The position numbers and the translations under genes are program-made. Below are positions 1 to 11,891 of a DNA stretch of 64,000 nt, in pieces; position 1 is the first letter of the stretch; each line of letters starts with the position of its first letter. Source of the DNA: Bugula neritina (lineage: Eukaryota > Animalia > Bryozoa). The notes below the pieces were generated by a model. The model searched no databases, was not told where the DNA came from, and worked only from the letters and a program-made list of their open reading frames with translations. The DNA lies in the NCBI GenBank assembly GCA_964035545.1, contig OZ037767.1, forward strand, positions 26,180,628 to 26,244,627. The letters are read 5' to 3'.

Positions 1-1196
1 TTTGTGATAAAATATGATTTTGAGAGCAACGCAGATGTGATTTTAACAGCATGTAAATGCAAAAAAGCAGGCTGTAAGAGTAAAGCATGCAAATGCAAGC
101 GCCTGATGATGAAATGCTGTGGTTTATGTGAATGTTTCGATTGCAACAACAAAAGTGGCCAGTCTTCTTTTTCAAACAAAGAGCCTGATTATGATGATGA
201 TGGCAACAAACACAGTTCCGATGAAGAATTATAATATATTTAATTTGGTATATAAACGCTAGAGATAACAAAACTTTGTAATAAAGCTTGATCTATTGTA
301 AATTAAAATTTTAAATACTATCTTATTTATAAATAAATACAATTACAAATGTCTACCAATATCTGATATAAAAGAGCATAGTAATTGCTTGTGATGCTGA
401 AATCATAATATTACTTTTTTATGAACCATATTTTATGTTACTATACTTATGAATAAAAAAATCGAATATTAGTGGTCTGTTAATTATTGCGGACACTCAA
501 TTTATACAGTAAATATTGAATATTAATACTTAATAGTATTGATCGTAATCAATTATTCAAAATAAGTCAATAAGCTAATATAAATACACTAAGAATACAT
601 TTTTATCATGCTAATGTTGTTCCTATCAACAAAGAGCAATATTATTGGGTAGAAATGCAATAATTTTTCACAGAGGAGATAACTCCCGTTTTATGTTTTT
701 TATTTGTCATGGTTGGGAAAGATGTTATATAGTTCAGAACGTAATAAAAATTGGGGAGCATTATTAGAACACAATAGAGTATTTTTATACCAAAAATCAA
801 CATTTTAAATGCTAGAACAGAAAAGTAGCAGTTTAGAGAATATCCGGTATATGCAAAAAAGTAGTTTGTCATATTATAGGCTCCGCCCACTTTTTTATTT
901 TTGGTCAAAACTTCTGTTAGAGAAAGTTACATATGTGTACAACATTCCTTGAAAATATTTTTAATGTCAAACTTAAACTACTCAGAAAATTAAATATTTA
1001 GAGTTCCATAGTCCCCCCTTGAAAAATGCTGAACCCCTGTATATCCACCCCTCTCACGAGAGAACCCCCCCAGATACAAAAAAGGTACTCGCAGATCTGA
1101 GATCAGTAGAATGTTGGCTTTGCAGTGATATATAGCAACAAAGGTTAGTATTGATGTGCTCCACCCGCCCATTTTTGCATGTTGGCACCCCCACTA
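1..1196 (+). mobile_element. 3' part of an Academ-like DNA transposon (runs off the window)
   Basis: ORF 4..234 ends in a CXC cysteine cluster (CKCKKAGCKSKACKC...CCGLCECFDCNN) typical of Academ transposase C-termini. The element ends in ...GGCACCCCCACTA (Academ termini are TAG...CTA), exactly where similarity to the NTAN1 last exon begins (TTAACAGAG). Confidence 0.6.
4..234 (+). CDS. C-terminal CXC (tesmin-like Cys-rich) end of a transposase, partial
   Basis: Cys-rich motif followed by an acidic tail; truncated by the window edge. Confidence 0.6.
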   Translation: MIKYDFESNADVILTACKCKKAGCKSKACKCKRLMMKCCGLCECFDCNNKSGQSSFSNKEPDYDDDGNKHSSDEEL

Positions 1197-1360
1197 TTAA
1201 CAGAGTTCTTCAACAACCAATCAATGTACTTCATGCTGAAAGCTGATGGCACATGGGAGCAAACTACTGCTCCTTCATCTGCTTCCAGGTATGTAAGAGG
1301 TCAGAAGAGTGCTGACTTTGTATACGTGTTGCCACGGATATGAAGTCTAGTTAATAATAC
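1197..1360 (+). pseudogene. NTAN1: Fragment of the last exon of an upstream NTAN1 paralog, interrupted by the Academ-like element
   Basis: Near-identical to 8241-8405 (LTEFFNNQSMYFMLKADGTWEQTTAPS...); ends PRI* in this copy. Confidence 0.75.
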
Positions 1361-2400
1361 TAACACAGAGATTCGAGCCACAGAACTCCGGCTTGCAAGC
1401 AATTACACCACAGGGGATGCTGGGTTAACTCAGCACTACAATTATTTCTCCTTTAAAGTTAGCAGACGGTCAGCTAGATAGATTTTATGTTTGCATAAAA
1501 GTTTTTAAACTGTTTAATGTTTATATAAACTATTATATAGTAATTAATATTTTGTACGCAGCCAAAGTCGTGGGTGACCTCGACTGCGCTACAAAGATGG
1601 CTGCAAGAAGGATATGAAGGTTGTCGGCATAGATGCAGCATCCTGAGAAGATCTTACATTTGATGGCACGAGTTGGAGAAGCAAACTAAAACACCATCTC
1701 ACATCAGGGGAAAAAACCTCTCAGTGCAGCTGTTGAAAAGGGGGCACACAGAAGGGTTCAGGCTACCTCTGTCAGACCTGAATCTACTTACAAGTGTTAC
1801 CTTTGTAACAAAGACTTCCACTCACTGAGCCAGGGAGATAATCCTGGCTGTTTGTTCAGAACTTTAATGAAAGTATGTGTTAGCTTTTTGTAGTTTATTT
1901 AGCTATTTTTGGGCTTTTTGTTATGTTCTTTTTGTTTGTATAATAAGTGTTCACTTGCTAGGAAGACATTGTAAAGAGCTGGTGTTTGTAAGGGGCATTA
2001 TAATTTTGAAGTTATTGTTTTTGTTGATATTATTTAAAGATTACTTATGTACAGTATGTATTTTTGTACAGGATATAACCATTTTTTGATATTTTGATAG
2101 AATACAAGACCAAGAGTAAACAATAAATACTAAGATTCAGAAAGTTGATCCAGGCTTGTTGCTATGCAACTCACTAAGTCATTTTTGGCACACTCACACA
2201 TTAGTCTGCACAGCCACAGGCACAGCCACAGGCACCACTGCTCAGCCCACTCATAGGGTGCGTTCCGGCAGAGCTAGGTCAAATTCATAAACTTGAATAT
2301 ATCAAAAACTTTCTCTTGATTGAATGCTTAAAATGTGATTAATAATTGCATTCAATTGGCTCTAGTATAATAATAAATGCAAGATTCATAAACAGTATAA

Positions 2401-2710
2401 GCGTACTCTTGAGCAACATTTTGCTGTAAGGAAAAGCTATCAGCAAGTGATTTTTTATTCTGTTGGGTCTGCATTAATAATAGTTTTAGCTGGTTAAAGA
2501 AGGTCAACAATGTCAGCTATTTTATAAATAACTATAATCAATATCCTAGATTATCCAGTGTCACTGTAAAACATGTAAATATTTTCTTCTAAAATGAATC
2601 AGTTTCAGGAGAACTGTCAAAACCATAAATTAGCTTTGATATCTTTAGAATTTTAACTGTTTTTACTGTTTTATTTTTTCTAAATTGCATGAGCTGTGAA
2701 ATTTTACGCA
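2401..2710. repeat. Dispersed repeat, second copy at ~7453-7760
   Basis: GCGTACTCTTG(A/G)GCAACA...GCTGTAAGGAAAA...CAATGTCAGCTAT...GCTGTGAA shared between the two loci. Confidence 0.6.
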
Positions 2711-3776
2711 CAATAAATTAGCATATATATAAACAGTTTCTTAGATACATTTAGTATGCCAATCTATTTTATTATTGCCTTCAACACTATTTTAATATTT
2801 TTGATAAGGTACAATTTTTTTAATAAAAATGAGCCAACTCTGTAGCACTATACATATTATCAACAGTTATTAAAGTCCCTGGTTTGTATTGGATTACGCA
2901 GAGAAAAATATATTCTACAAAACTATGCCAAAATGAATTTACGTTGTGCAAACTTAGAATGAAAAATTCACAAATAAATACTCAGAAGGTGCAAAGAATT
3001 TATCTGCTACGTGCATAGCTTTCAGCATCATTTTCCAATAAAATATTTTTATCTCATAACAATTCTGTAGGCAGTTCTGATAGCTTGCAGCTGATTGCAG
3101 AGGTGCTGGATATTTTTCACCAGCAACTACTTCACAATGCAATTAAAGTATGCAATTCAAAGTACAACTTAATTACGCCTCCATTTTATTATTAGCTAGC
3201 TAGGCCAATAAAAACAGGCCTGATATACATGTTCCAAGCAGTTATTGGCTGACTGAGCTAAAACATTTTTTATTGGCTGATCTGTATTTATATCACTGTG
3301 TAAGTGCATGGCTGTATGGTATATATAACTTGACGTACTCAATATTTATTCAAACTCCAGCTAGTGATCAATTAATAGCATCAGGTAAACTATGTTTTAT
3401 TTTAACTAGCAATTAATATCATACATTTATTTTATAGTACACTTTACTGTTAATAAAAGTTTGCAGCACAAATGTTGGTCTTGTTATCTAATTCACATCA
3501 TAGTTGTTTAAATAATTCTTATTTCTAATCCCATTTATTTTATTTTTTTAAATTGAGGTTTAAATATTTTTTTAAAGTTTTATTGTCACTTGAAATGAAC
3601 AAGTTTTTTTGAAAACTAACGTTTAACTCATTTTAAGCAAATTTTATGCATCATTGTTATTGCTTAATTTGTAATATATAGAAAATTTTATTAATTAAGA
3701 AAGAATAAAAAATTATCACAAAGCATCTTATATAAAATTACTTGTTGTTTCAGTCAGATCCCAACACTGTGCAGCC

Positions 3777-5705
3777 ATGGTACTAATCCTAGGAGGACAG
3801 CGAATTGAAAAGCACGTGTTCCAACACAAAGGCCACATTGTCAAACACCCCTCTACACAGAAGACACTAAGTGTAAGTAAATGTACTGTAGTCGTCTTCT
3901 ACCACTTGGCTCATCTTGACTAGAGAAATCTTATTGCACTGCTAAGCTTCAAAGCAAAAATAACTTAAAACAACATAATTTGTTTTTTGTTTGTTGTAAA
4001 ATTGTATTCAAATAGTGAAACCTTTCGCTTGCATACACGTATCACATAATTTATTTCTAACTTATTTACATGTATGAAGTTTATCTAATTATCTTGAGAG
4101 TTATGGTTGAATTATATTATGCTCATGAACTTCACAGGAAGTGAATGCAGCATACAAAGAGATTTCAGAAACTGTAATTGAACATAATGTTCTGTACGCT
4201 ACTCAAGAGGAGTTTGTGGTGATTGATGAAGCATCTAGAGGTACTTGTATTATAATCTTTAATTTTTATATTATATTATTATATAAAAGTAATATATAGC
4301 ATTTAATGTATGTTACAGTGATGGTAAAATGTGCAGTTTTGTTGGTCAATTATCAGTATAATTACTACTTATATTTATTGTGTTTATTCACAATTCTTTT
4401 ACTCTATATACAAAAATATTCTCTACACTCTATTTGTTTGCTAAGAAATAAATCAGACCCTTTCTGTTGTCAACAATAGGCAACAAATTCAACACTAAGA
4501 CACATCTGCAAAATGACTGCTTAGCAATAACCTTTAACTTTAAGCCCAACTCAGTGATTAAGCTGTGTGATGAATCAGCTAACAAGAGCACGAGATATGA
4601 AAGTCAGCAATAACTTTAGTATGAGTTTTATAAACTGAATAAATAAGATGTGTCCAAGACTATTTTAGCTTTTGGTCTTTTTATTAAATATTATTTTGCT
4701 GCAGCACCACTATTTTTTTTAAAAGTGAATTACTATAAATCGTGTAATAAACTAGCTACCTATTGTTTCATACTACTTTTATTATTGACAGGGTCTATAG
4801 AGTACATAGCTACAGATGAGGCCACCACCTGCCATATTGTTATCTTTGTTCAACCAGGTACAGTGACTATATTCTACTCACTCAACCTGCATCTGTTATA
4901 ATATAATCATATTATTTGTTCTAATTTTTTAAATGTTTGGAACTCAAATGTGCATTTAGTAGCACAAAATGCATGCTGGTAAATCATCATAAATGGTATT
5001 TGTTTGGCATTGCATTAGATACTGTAAAAAAGAAACTTTACATACACACTAATGAGATGTCCACTTGTAATGCACTGTTATGTATAAACAAAATGTACTT
5101 AGAGATCAATTAGCATGTTATACTTTGCTCTGTTAGCTCTCAAGGTTTATGGGCTCGGCCATTTTGATGGGAAGAATAATACTGACCAAGGAATCACTTC
5201 CATGCTGGATGCTATGGACGCTCGCTGTGGAACATCTGGATCTGCCTCAACGTAAGTTTATTCTGTAGTCTGCAACAAATGTATATAATATTGTTGTGAT
5301 CACACTCAATAAACATAAAAGTGTGTGGGAAATTATATTTTGTAAAACCAAACATGCAACCTCAGTTTTTTAAATGAAGCTATCTAGAAAAATGTATAGT
5401 TATAATTATTATTTTTAAATTTCAAGCTCAACAGCCTGTGAATTATGTTACGCATGAACTGTTAATGTAGCATATAAAATACCTGACTGTATGTAAGTAG
5501 GCATAGTTTGTATGTTCTGTAGCTATGATCTTTATATGTATGGTGGATTTGCTGACCCAATGGGAACATCTGCCGAAGTGTCTAAAGAGCTTGCAGGTAA
5601 CTGTATAAATCTATCAAACTTGTATGTGCATTGTACCTGCAGTTTATTTTTTTAAAAAGACTAAGAAAAGTATAGATTATACACAACATTACCTGTTCTA
5701 ATTAA

Positions 5706-5789
<84 letters not shown>

Positions 5790-8519
5790 TAAATGGTATT
5801 GAGTGATATTTGGCCAGCATGCTTTAAGACAGACCAGTTGTTTGGTTGGGTTAATTTGCCTTGACGTAATACCTTGAAGTCTACAAACTGAAAACCCCCT
5901 TTATTCGTAAGCATTATCATTTGCTTTTTTCTGTAAAATAATTGTTATTAATAAAATCGTTCATTAAATATTTCTTTATTTAATATTCATTTAAGAACAT
6001 TATTTATTACATCATTTATAACTATAATAAAATTTAATATAAAATATGTTTTTTATATCATTATTATTAAAGTTATTATTCCATGTAGAGGCCATTACTA
6101 ATGCACCTCAGCAATTCAATATTAAAGCCATGGTGGTTGATGATGAGAACACTGATATTGTGTATGGAGTGCCCTATCCACTCTGGAGAGGAGCAGGTAA
6201 CTCCTACAGAACATGTTTACTTGTCAGATTGCATGCAAAGTTGATGTGTGTATGTGTATGTGTGTGTGTGCTTGTATGTAAACCATATATCATCGCTTCA
6301 CTTTGTATTGCATTTTTTAAAAAAGTCATGTTGACATGAATAAAAGTATTGCATTAACTATGTGTATAAATATTAGACTACTAATGTATACATGCTGTAT
6401 AAGCTATCACTTCTCATGTATTCATAACATCTGTATGTATGCTCCAATACTGTAGCTATCAAGTTTGAGCAAGATATCTCCAACTTTTCTATTTTACGAG
6501 TCAAAGTTACAGCAACTGGAAAAGGACCAATTCAGCCATGTAAGATGGCTCGACTTTTCACTGACGTTGGAACGGTAAATGGAAACTTATGTTTCACTAG
6601 CTTTTCTTTTAAAAGATGTCTTTTTAAATGGAAGCAATTAGACCGCAGTTAGTTGTATCATCTTTAAAGTTCTGGTAACTTGAAGCATAAACTGTATGCT
6701 GTTTTTGAATCTGCGGGTTTAAGGAAGTAAAAATAATTTATTGGCGAAAACCTTATAGACTTTGTTTGTGCATTCATAGGTTTAGTACAAATGGAGAAAT
6801 ATTCAATTTAGAGGCCTAAAGTTACGCCTTGAATAAATGTTATAGAATATAGATAGTAAAACTCATACCTGTTAATTTATTTTGATTTTTATTTTAAAGT
6901 AAGAGTTATGTGTTTTTTCATTTAGATTCACAATGGTTATGATAATGAAAATAAGGTTATGATAATGCGTCCCTTTGGAGTTACAAACCCAGTGGATGAG
7001 ACCCAGATAGTGCAATCAGACGAGTGGATACGAAATGTAAGACTTTACACTTTTTATAGCATTGCCAATGATTATGTAGTGAATATAAATGTTTAACTCC
7101 TCATGCTGTATGTTTTAGTAATTTTTCAATTGCTCGTCATTATACATAACTAGTAGGACTCTATATGTAAAAGTTGAAACACAAAGAGCGGTGATAAAAT
7201 AAATGGATTACAAAGTTTTAAAATATTCTTCCCTGAAAGTTAGCATATGATCAACTACATAGATTTCAAGTTCACATAACAATATTCAAGCTATTTAGTG
7301 TTTATATAAACTAATAGCAAATAATATTGTGTACCTTATAAACTTGACTGTATCTACAATTTTCCCTTAGTTGAATGCTTCAGATGATTCCGATGGAATT
7401 GTCTGCACTTGTGGCTAGTAATAATAAATGTAAGATTTAAAAAGTGCAGTGGGCGTACTCTTGGGCAACACGTTGCTGTAAGGAAAAACTATCTCTAAGC
7501 AAGTTAACATGCTATTGTGTCTGCAAAATAGTGATTTTATCTGGTTAAAAAACAGGTCAGCAATGTCAGCTATGTTATAAATAACCTAAAGGCTATGTTG
7601 CTGTCTCTGTAAAAAAATTTAAATATTCTCCTCTGAAATTAATCGCTTTTTACGGCAAATGTCAAACCATAAATTGGCCTTGTTATTTTTAGAGTTTTAG
7701 TTGATCAGATTACTGTTATATGCGTTTTTTAAACTATGTGGGCTGTGAATTTTTACATCATAACAACTTGCAAGTAACATCTGCTGGTGCAAGCTTGTGG
7801 TTTTGCTTACAATATCACTTGCCACCATTTCACATAAAATATATATGAGCATATTATTGCATTCAGCCTTAGAAAGAAAGAGCAAGGTATACTTTTACTA
7901 ATTATACATATCCACCAATCTTTATGTGGCTATATTTTCATACTAATGTTCTTCATTTACAATGTCATTTTTATAGCTAATTTAAAACATGTCACTAGAT
8001 ATTGTATTTCACTTTGGTACTTTGATATTTTGATACGTAGTACATGGTATAAGTTTTAGAATAATAAGCATATGGTCACATCAAAAAGAAATATCCATTT
8101 CCTTATCTTAGCTGACTTAGGTGAATGCAATACCATAAGCAATTTTGTAGAACATGTCTTCAAGCCCTCCACAGGAACGACTTGGCTTTGAGAAAGCTAC
8201 CCGAGAGGGCCTCGCTTTCCTTCTGAAGTATGAGGACCCCTTAACAGAGTTCTTCAACAACCAATCAATGTACTTCATGCTGAAGGCTGATGGCACATGG
8301 GAGCAAACTACTGCCCCTTCAACTGCTTCCAGGTATGTAAGAGGTCAGAAGAGTGGTGACTTTGTATACGTGTTGCAATGGGTACGCAGCCTAGTAGATA
8401 ATGCTAGTAGTATAATAAGCGCCTCTACGGCTATGGAAGTAAGCATCTCGTATCGGCCAATTTGTCAACATAGCGTAGACTCTATGGCTATGGAAATTAG
8501 CATCTCGTTAACTATGTGA
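3777..8519 (+). CDS. NTAN1: Protein N-terminal asparagine amidohydrolase, 9 coding exons (approx. 3777-3872, 4138-4240, 4792-4857, 5137-5251, 5523-5596, 6089-6196, 6456-6574, 6925-7036, 8151-end)
   Basis: GT-AG exons translate to MVLILGGQRIE...LYATQEE...GSIEYIATDEATTCHIV...GHFDG...YGGFAD...MSSSPPQE...GTWEQ. This is colinear with NTAN1 (SDDATTCHIV catalytic Cys, HCDG, GGFSD, STSPLAE, GLWEK). The last exon now reads into the Polinton TIR. Confidence 0.9.
5708..5782. repeat. (AT)n microsatellite in an NTAN1 intron
   Basis: Pure AT run. Confidence 0.95.
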
Positions 8520-8613
8520 CCATTGTATTTGTTATTGATGAATTAGCATTGTAAGCCTTAAAGTTGACAGGTGGTAGCTATTAAATTTAGCTTACGGTGA
8601 ATACACCTTTTAA
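8406..8613 (+). repeat. Left terminal inverted repeat
   Basis: Reverse complement of 24359-24541 except 2 substitutions, a 1-bp T-run difference and a 26-bp insertion (~8520-8545). Confidence 0.95.
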
Positions 8614-8798
8614 CTAACTACGTAGTCAGAATCTCACGTACTAAAACATTGATCTATGATTAGTTACCCTCGTTATATCACTGTTGTCACTTTGGTAAAT
8701 TCTACACTCCGTATAATATTCAATAACCAGAAAGAGATTTCTTTTCACCATGAGTTTATTTTCTTCAACAAAAAATGTCATAATAGAATATTACAGCT

Positions 8799-9338
8799 TT
8801 AAATTTTAACAGGATAAGAAGCTTGTTCAAAAATAAAAGGTAAGTCTACAATTTCCAGTTCTTTATTTAAAAAATTACTATATTTTTGATTAATGTAATT
8901 AAATATAAAAGCATCATTTGCGTATGTATCACAACAATCATTTATTAAAGATATAATGTGTTCTAGTGAGAAACCTCTGGCTAAATGCGTTAACACAAAA
9001 ATACAGTATTGTCCGCAAACTGTAGAAAATACAGATTGTAGCTGAGTGCTACTAAATTGCCAAGAGTCTACTGAATCAAATATAGCCGCAACCTCTGGCA
9101 TGTTGTAAAGACCACTTCCAAAAGAGTCAAAATAAACTCCTGTGTTATTTTCTGTCTTTAGAAACATCACCCAGTGCTCTCCCGGATGATTGTGAGGTTT
9201 AGTGTTTACAACTCCACAGCAAGGATAATCCGTCAAACTACTACTAGGTATTCTATCGACTGGAAATACACCGATGAAGTTCATCTTTTTCACCCACTCA
9301 TCGTTCTCAAGAATGGAATATATTTCTTTAGAATTCAT
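8799..9338 (-). CDS. Adenain-like (adenovirus-type) cysteine maturation protease
   Basis: VVNT...GEHWV, YFDSFG, QLQ...STVCGQYC (His/Asp/Gln/Cys catalytic set). Its ATG overlaps the capsid stop (TGATG). Confidence 0.95.
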   Translation of the reverse strand: MNSKEIYSILENDEWVKKMNFIGVFPVDRIPSSSLTDYPCCGVVNTKPHNHPGEHWVMFLKTENNTGVYFDSFGSGLYNMPEVAAIFDSVDSWQFSSTQLQSVFSTVCGQYCIFVLTHLARGFSLEHIISLINDCCDTYANDAFIFNYINQKYSNFLNKELEIVDLPFIFEQASYPVKI

Positions 9339-10648
9339 CACGCGTAGAAATTTGTAAGTACCGCTCTATTCTTATCAATTTTTATACCAGAGTCAAATTC
9401 GGAATAGACAATCACATTAACGGGTGTGTCAAGAGCCTGAGAAAACTTTAGCTCTAATCTTATTGTTCCTCGCTTCATCAAATGAAAGCAAGTGCTCAAA
9501 TCTAGGTCAGGAGTTAAATCAAAGGCCATTAGACTGTAACCTTTCTCGTATTCCTCTCTATCTATATCTATTCCGCCATTGTTGAACACCTTTCCCGTTG
9601 ATTCCAAGAGCGTAAAATAGTTTCTTAGAGTATTATGATTTGTGTAGTCTGAAACCAATGCCTTCTGAGGTACTTGTTTCCCGTCAACGACTAGGTTTGT
9701 ATATTTTAAATGTTTGTGCTGAAAGTTGAAAGGATTCAAATTGTACGCGCCTTCGAATGCACCAGCGTTTACAATACCTATAACTATCCTCTTAGGCAGA
9801 ATACCGTGAAATAAATTTTCTTCGTTCCAAGACAATGAACCCAATGCGATATTGAATGACTTCATATCAACTCTTCTGATAGGATAAACGGCTGGCAATA
9901 GTTTCTTGTCTAAATTTTCAATGTGCTTTAATTGTATTCCGCTATTGATTTTAACTTTTCGTAGGAAAAAAGATGCGTTTAGGATTTTTAGTTTGCAAGT
10001 AGAGTTTTCACCAGCCATTAGCACTAAGCTGTTGTGATTCCTCACAAACTTTAATTTCATGTCTACTCCGTTTAAAATGAATCGTCTTTGAAAGAATATG
10101 TCAGCGTGCGGTCTAACAATTAACTGCACAGTTTTACTCTGCCCCGTAATTCGCCTTCTAGCTTCCAAGCCTTCATTATCACCACCAATGTGATCCATTT
10201 TTCCGGGTGTATCCTTTGAGTAGAGTGACATTGATAGTTGTGACTTTTTAGCTTCATCGGAGTAACTTAGTAAAGTTTCTATAAGAGCTCTGTAGTGGTA
10301 GAGATTAGAAGCGTTGGAAATAACTACATCATTTAGCATAATTTCTACTTGTTGAAATAATGTGTGACCCAAAAGGTTTATAGGAGCCGCATCACCTTGA
10401 GCATCGAGATCCGTACCGTCAGCTTTTGTTATTTTCACCTCTAATAATAGATAGCTTGAACTGAGGTCAAGGTAGTTGTTCGAATCACCAGAGATTGAGA
10501 ACTTTATAGGTCCCTCATCATTCAATGAGGTTGTGGGCATATGTTCTACGTGATATCCTTCTTCGATTGATGCTTGAGTAGGTAGTGTAGAAAATAAATC
10601 TAATTCGGGTTTGCCAGCGAGGCAGCTATGTTCCATTATGAAACTCAT
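9338..10648 (-). CDS. Major capsid protein (double jelly-roll, Polinton PY/hexon-like)
   Basis: 436 aa; ELDLFS..PTQ.SI, N.L.HTLFQQVEI.LN, YRALIETLL, LPKRIVIG, NPFNF, GY.L.AFDLTPD motifs of Polinton major capsid proteins. Confidence 0.92.
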   Translation of the reverse strand: MSFIMEHSCLAGKPELDLFSTLPTQASIEEGYHVEHMPTTSLNDEGPIKFSISGDSNNYLDLSSSYLLLEVKITKADGTDLDAQGDAAPINLLGHTLFQQVEIMLNDVVISNASNLYHYRALIETLLSYSDEAKKSQLSMSLYSKDTPGKMDHIGGDNEGLEARRRITGQSKTVQLIVRPHADIFFQRRFILNGVDMKLKFVRNHNSLVLMAGENSTCKLKILNASFFLRKVKINSGIQLKHIENLDKKLLPAVYPIRRVDMKSFNIALGSLSWNEENLFHGILPKRIVIGIVNAGAFEGAYNLNPFNFQHKHLKYTNLVVDGKQVPQKALVSDYTNHNTLRNYFTLLESTGKVFNNGGIDIDREEYEKGYSLMAFDLTPDLDLSTCFHLMKRGTIRLELKFSQALDTPVNVIVYSEFDSGIKIDKNRAVLTNFYA

Positions 10649-10659
10649 AGTATAGTATT

Positions 10660-11091
10660 CTATGAAAAGATATCGCGTTTAGTAACCCTACGTCTTTTCA
10701 CCTTTGAAGACTTGGAAGAAGTAACTCTGTTAGTCTGACGCTTCCTTTTTTTATTTCGATTTCTGTTGGTGACGTATGTAATACCTTTAGTAATAACCTC
10801 TCCAGCCGCGCTGTTGACGTTATCTTTAATTGACTCTCTGAATGGTTTACCGGATAAACTATCTCTGGCAATGTTTAGACCAGTATTTATTGCTGTCTTT
10901 CCTAAACTTTTTACACCTTGTTTTACAACAGGCAATGCTGCTTTGAGTATGTTACCAAATATGCTCCCTAAACCGTATCCTGTTTGATATTTTTCTCCTG
11001 AAAATATTGGAATCATTCCATTTCCTGATTGTTCATATAACTGTCTATAGCTATTTGATGCGGCATCACAATCGAATGGAATTATTCTCAT
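10660..11091 (-). CDS. Basic virion core protein (pVII/pVI-like) with N-terminal amphipathic helix
   Basis: QTGYG-LGSIFGNILKAALPVVKQG motif and an Arg/Lys-rich C-terminus; lies between penton and major capsid genes. Confidence 0.75.
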   Translation of the reverse strand: MRIIPFDCDAASNSYRQLYEQSGNGMIPIFSGEKYQTGYGLGSIFGNILKAALPVVKQGVKSLGKTAINTGLNIARDSLSGKPFRESIKDNVNSAAGEVITKGITYVTNRNRNKKRKRQTNRVTSSKSSKVKRRRVTKRDIFS

Positions 11092-11858
11092 ATTAGGTTT
11101 ATAGGTTTAACTTTTCGAATATCTACCGTTACCACTGTACGTCCATGCGTGAATGGTACTCTTTCACCGTAATCCGTGTATATATAAATTGATACACTCG
11201 AAACATGCGTTTTATTTATTTTGCAGTACTGTACATTGTTAAAGTTAGTGGACTGCAACCTCCAATGACCATCCTCGACTCCTACAACTCTTAGTAGTTG
11301 AGCCTGAGTATCTCCAACAATACTAGATTCTGCTACATCTGTATACACCATCAGGTTAAATATTGTATGTAATCTTATTGGAGTATTGTACTTGACCAAA
11401 ATTGTACCATCGGTCATTGATTTTATCTCCATTTTTTCTTCCTGTACATTAAGTATTTTCTCAAGAGATGGTGAGTATGTGATGTCTATAGAGCAACCTC
11501 TAACATTTTCAGCAATGACATAAAAATTCTTATTGACATCGTTGTAATAGAAATTAAATTTTACTTTCAGATTTAAACACTGGTCATTTATTGCTTGATT
11601 AATAGATTGTATTAGCTTTTTATCTGATTTGTAGTAACCATCATCTAGATGCACTGTTTCTTCAGCTTCATTTACTTTTAAGGTTATGCTGCACTGTTTC
11701 ACATTGAACCATGATTTATAAAATTGTATCTCACTCAATCCGATCTCGTAAGAGCCATCCGTAAAATCTAAACTTTGAGGCAATTGAACTGTGTATACTG
11801 AAAGACTATTTTTTGGAAAATGCTTCAACGAAGCATTACTAGGTAAAACAACGCGCAT
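11088..11858 (-). CDS. Minor capsid protein / penton (single jelly-roll)
   Basis: LPSNAS...FP.N....YTVQLP..L......YEIGLSEI N-terminus and VYTDVAE...VGD..AQLLRVV C-terminal motif typical of Polinton pentons. Confidence 0.88.
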   Translation of the reverse strand: MRVVLPSNASLKHFPKNSLSVYTVQLPQSLDFTDGSYEIGLSEIQFYKSWFNVKQCSITLKVNEAEETVHLDDGYYKSDKKLIQSINQAINDQCLNLKVKFNFYYNDVNKNFYVIAENVRGCSIDITYSPSLEKILNVQEEKMEIKSMTDGTILVKYNTPIRLHTIFNLMVYTDVAESSIVGDTQAQLLRVVGVEDGHWRLQSTNFNNVQYCKINKTHVSSVSIYIYTDYGERVPFTHGRTVVTVDIRKVKPINLI

Positions 11859-11891
11859 CTTTGTAAGAGTGACAACATATAAGTTTATTAT

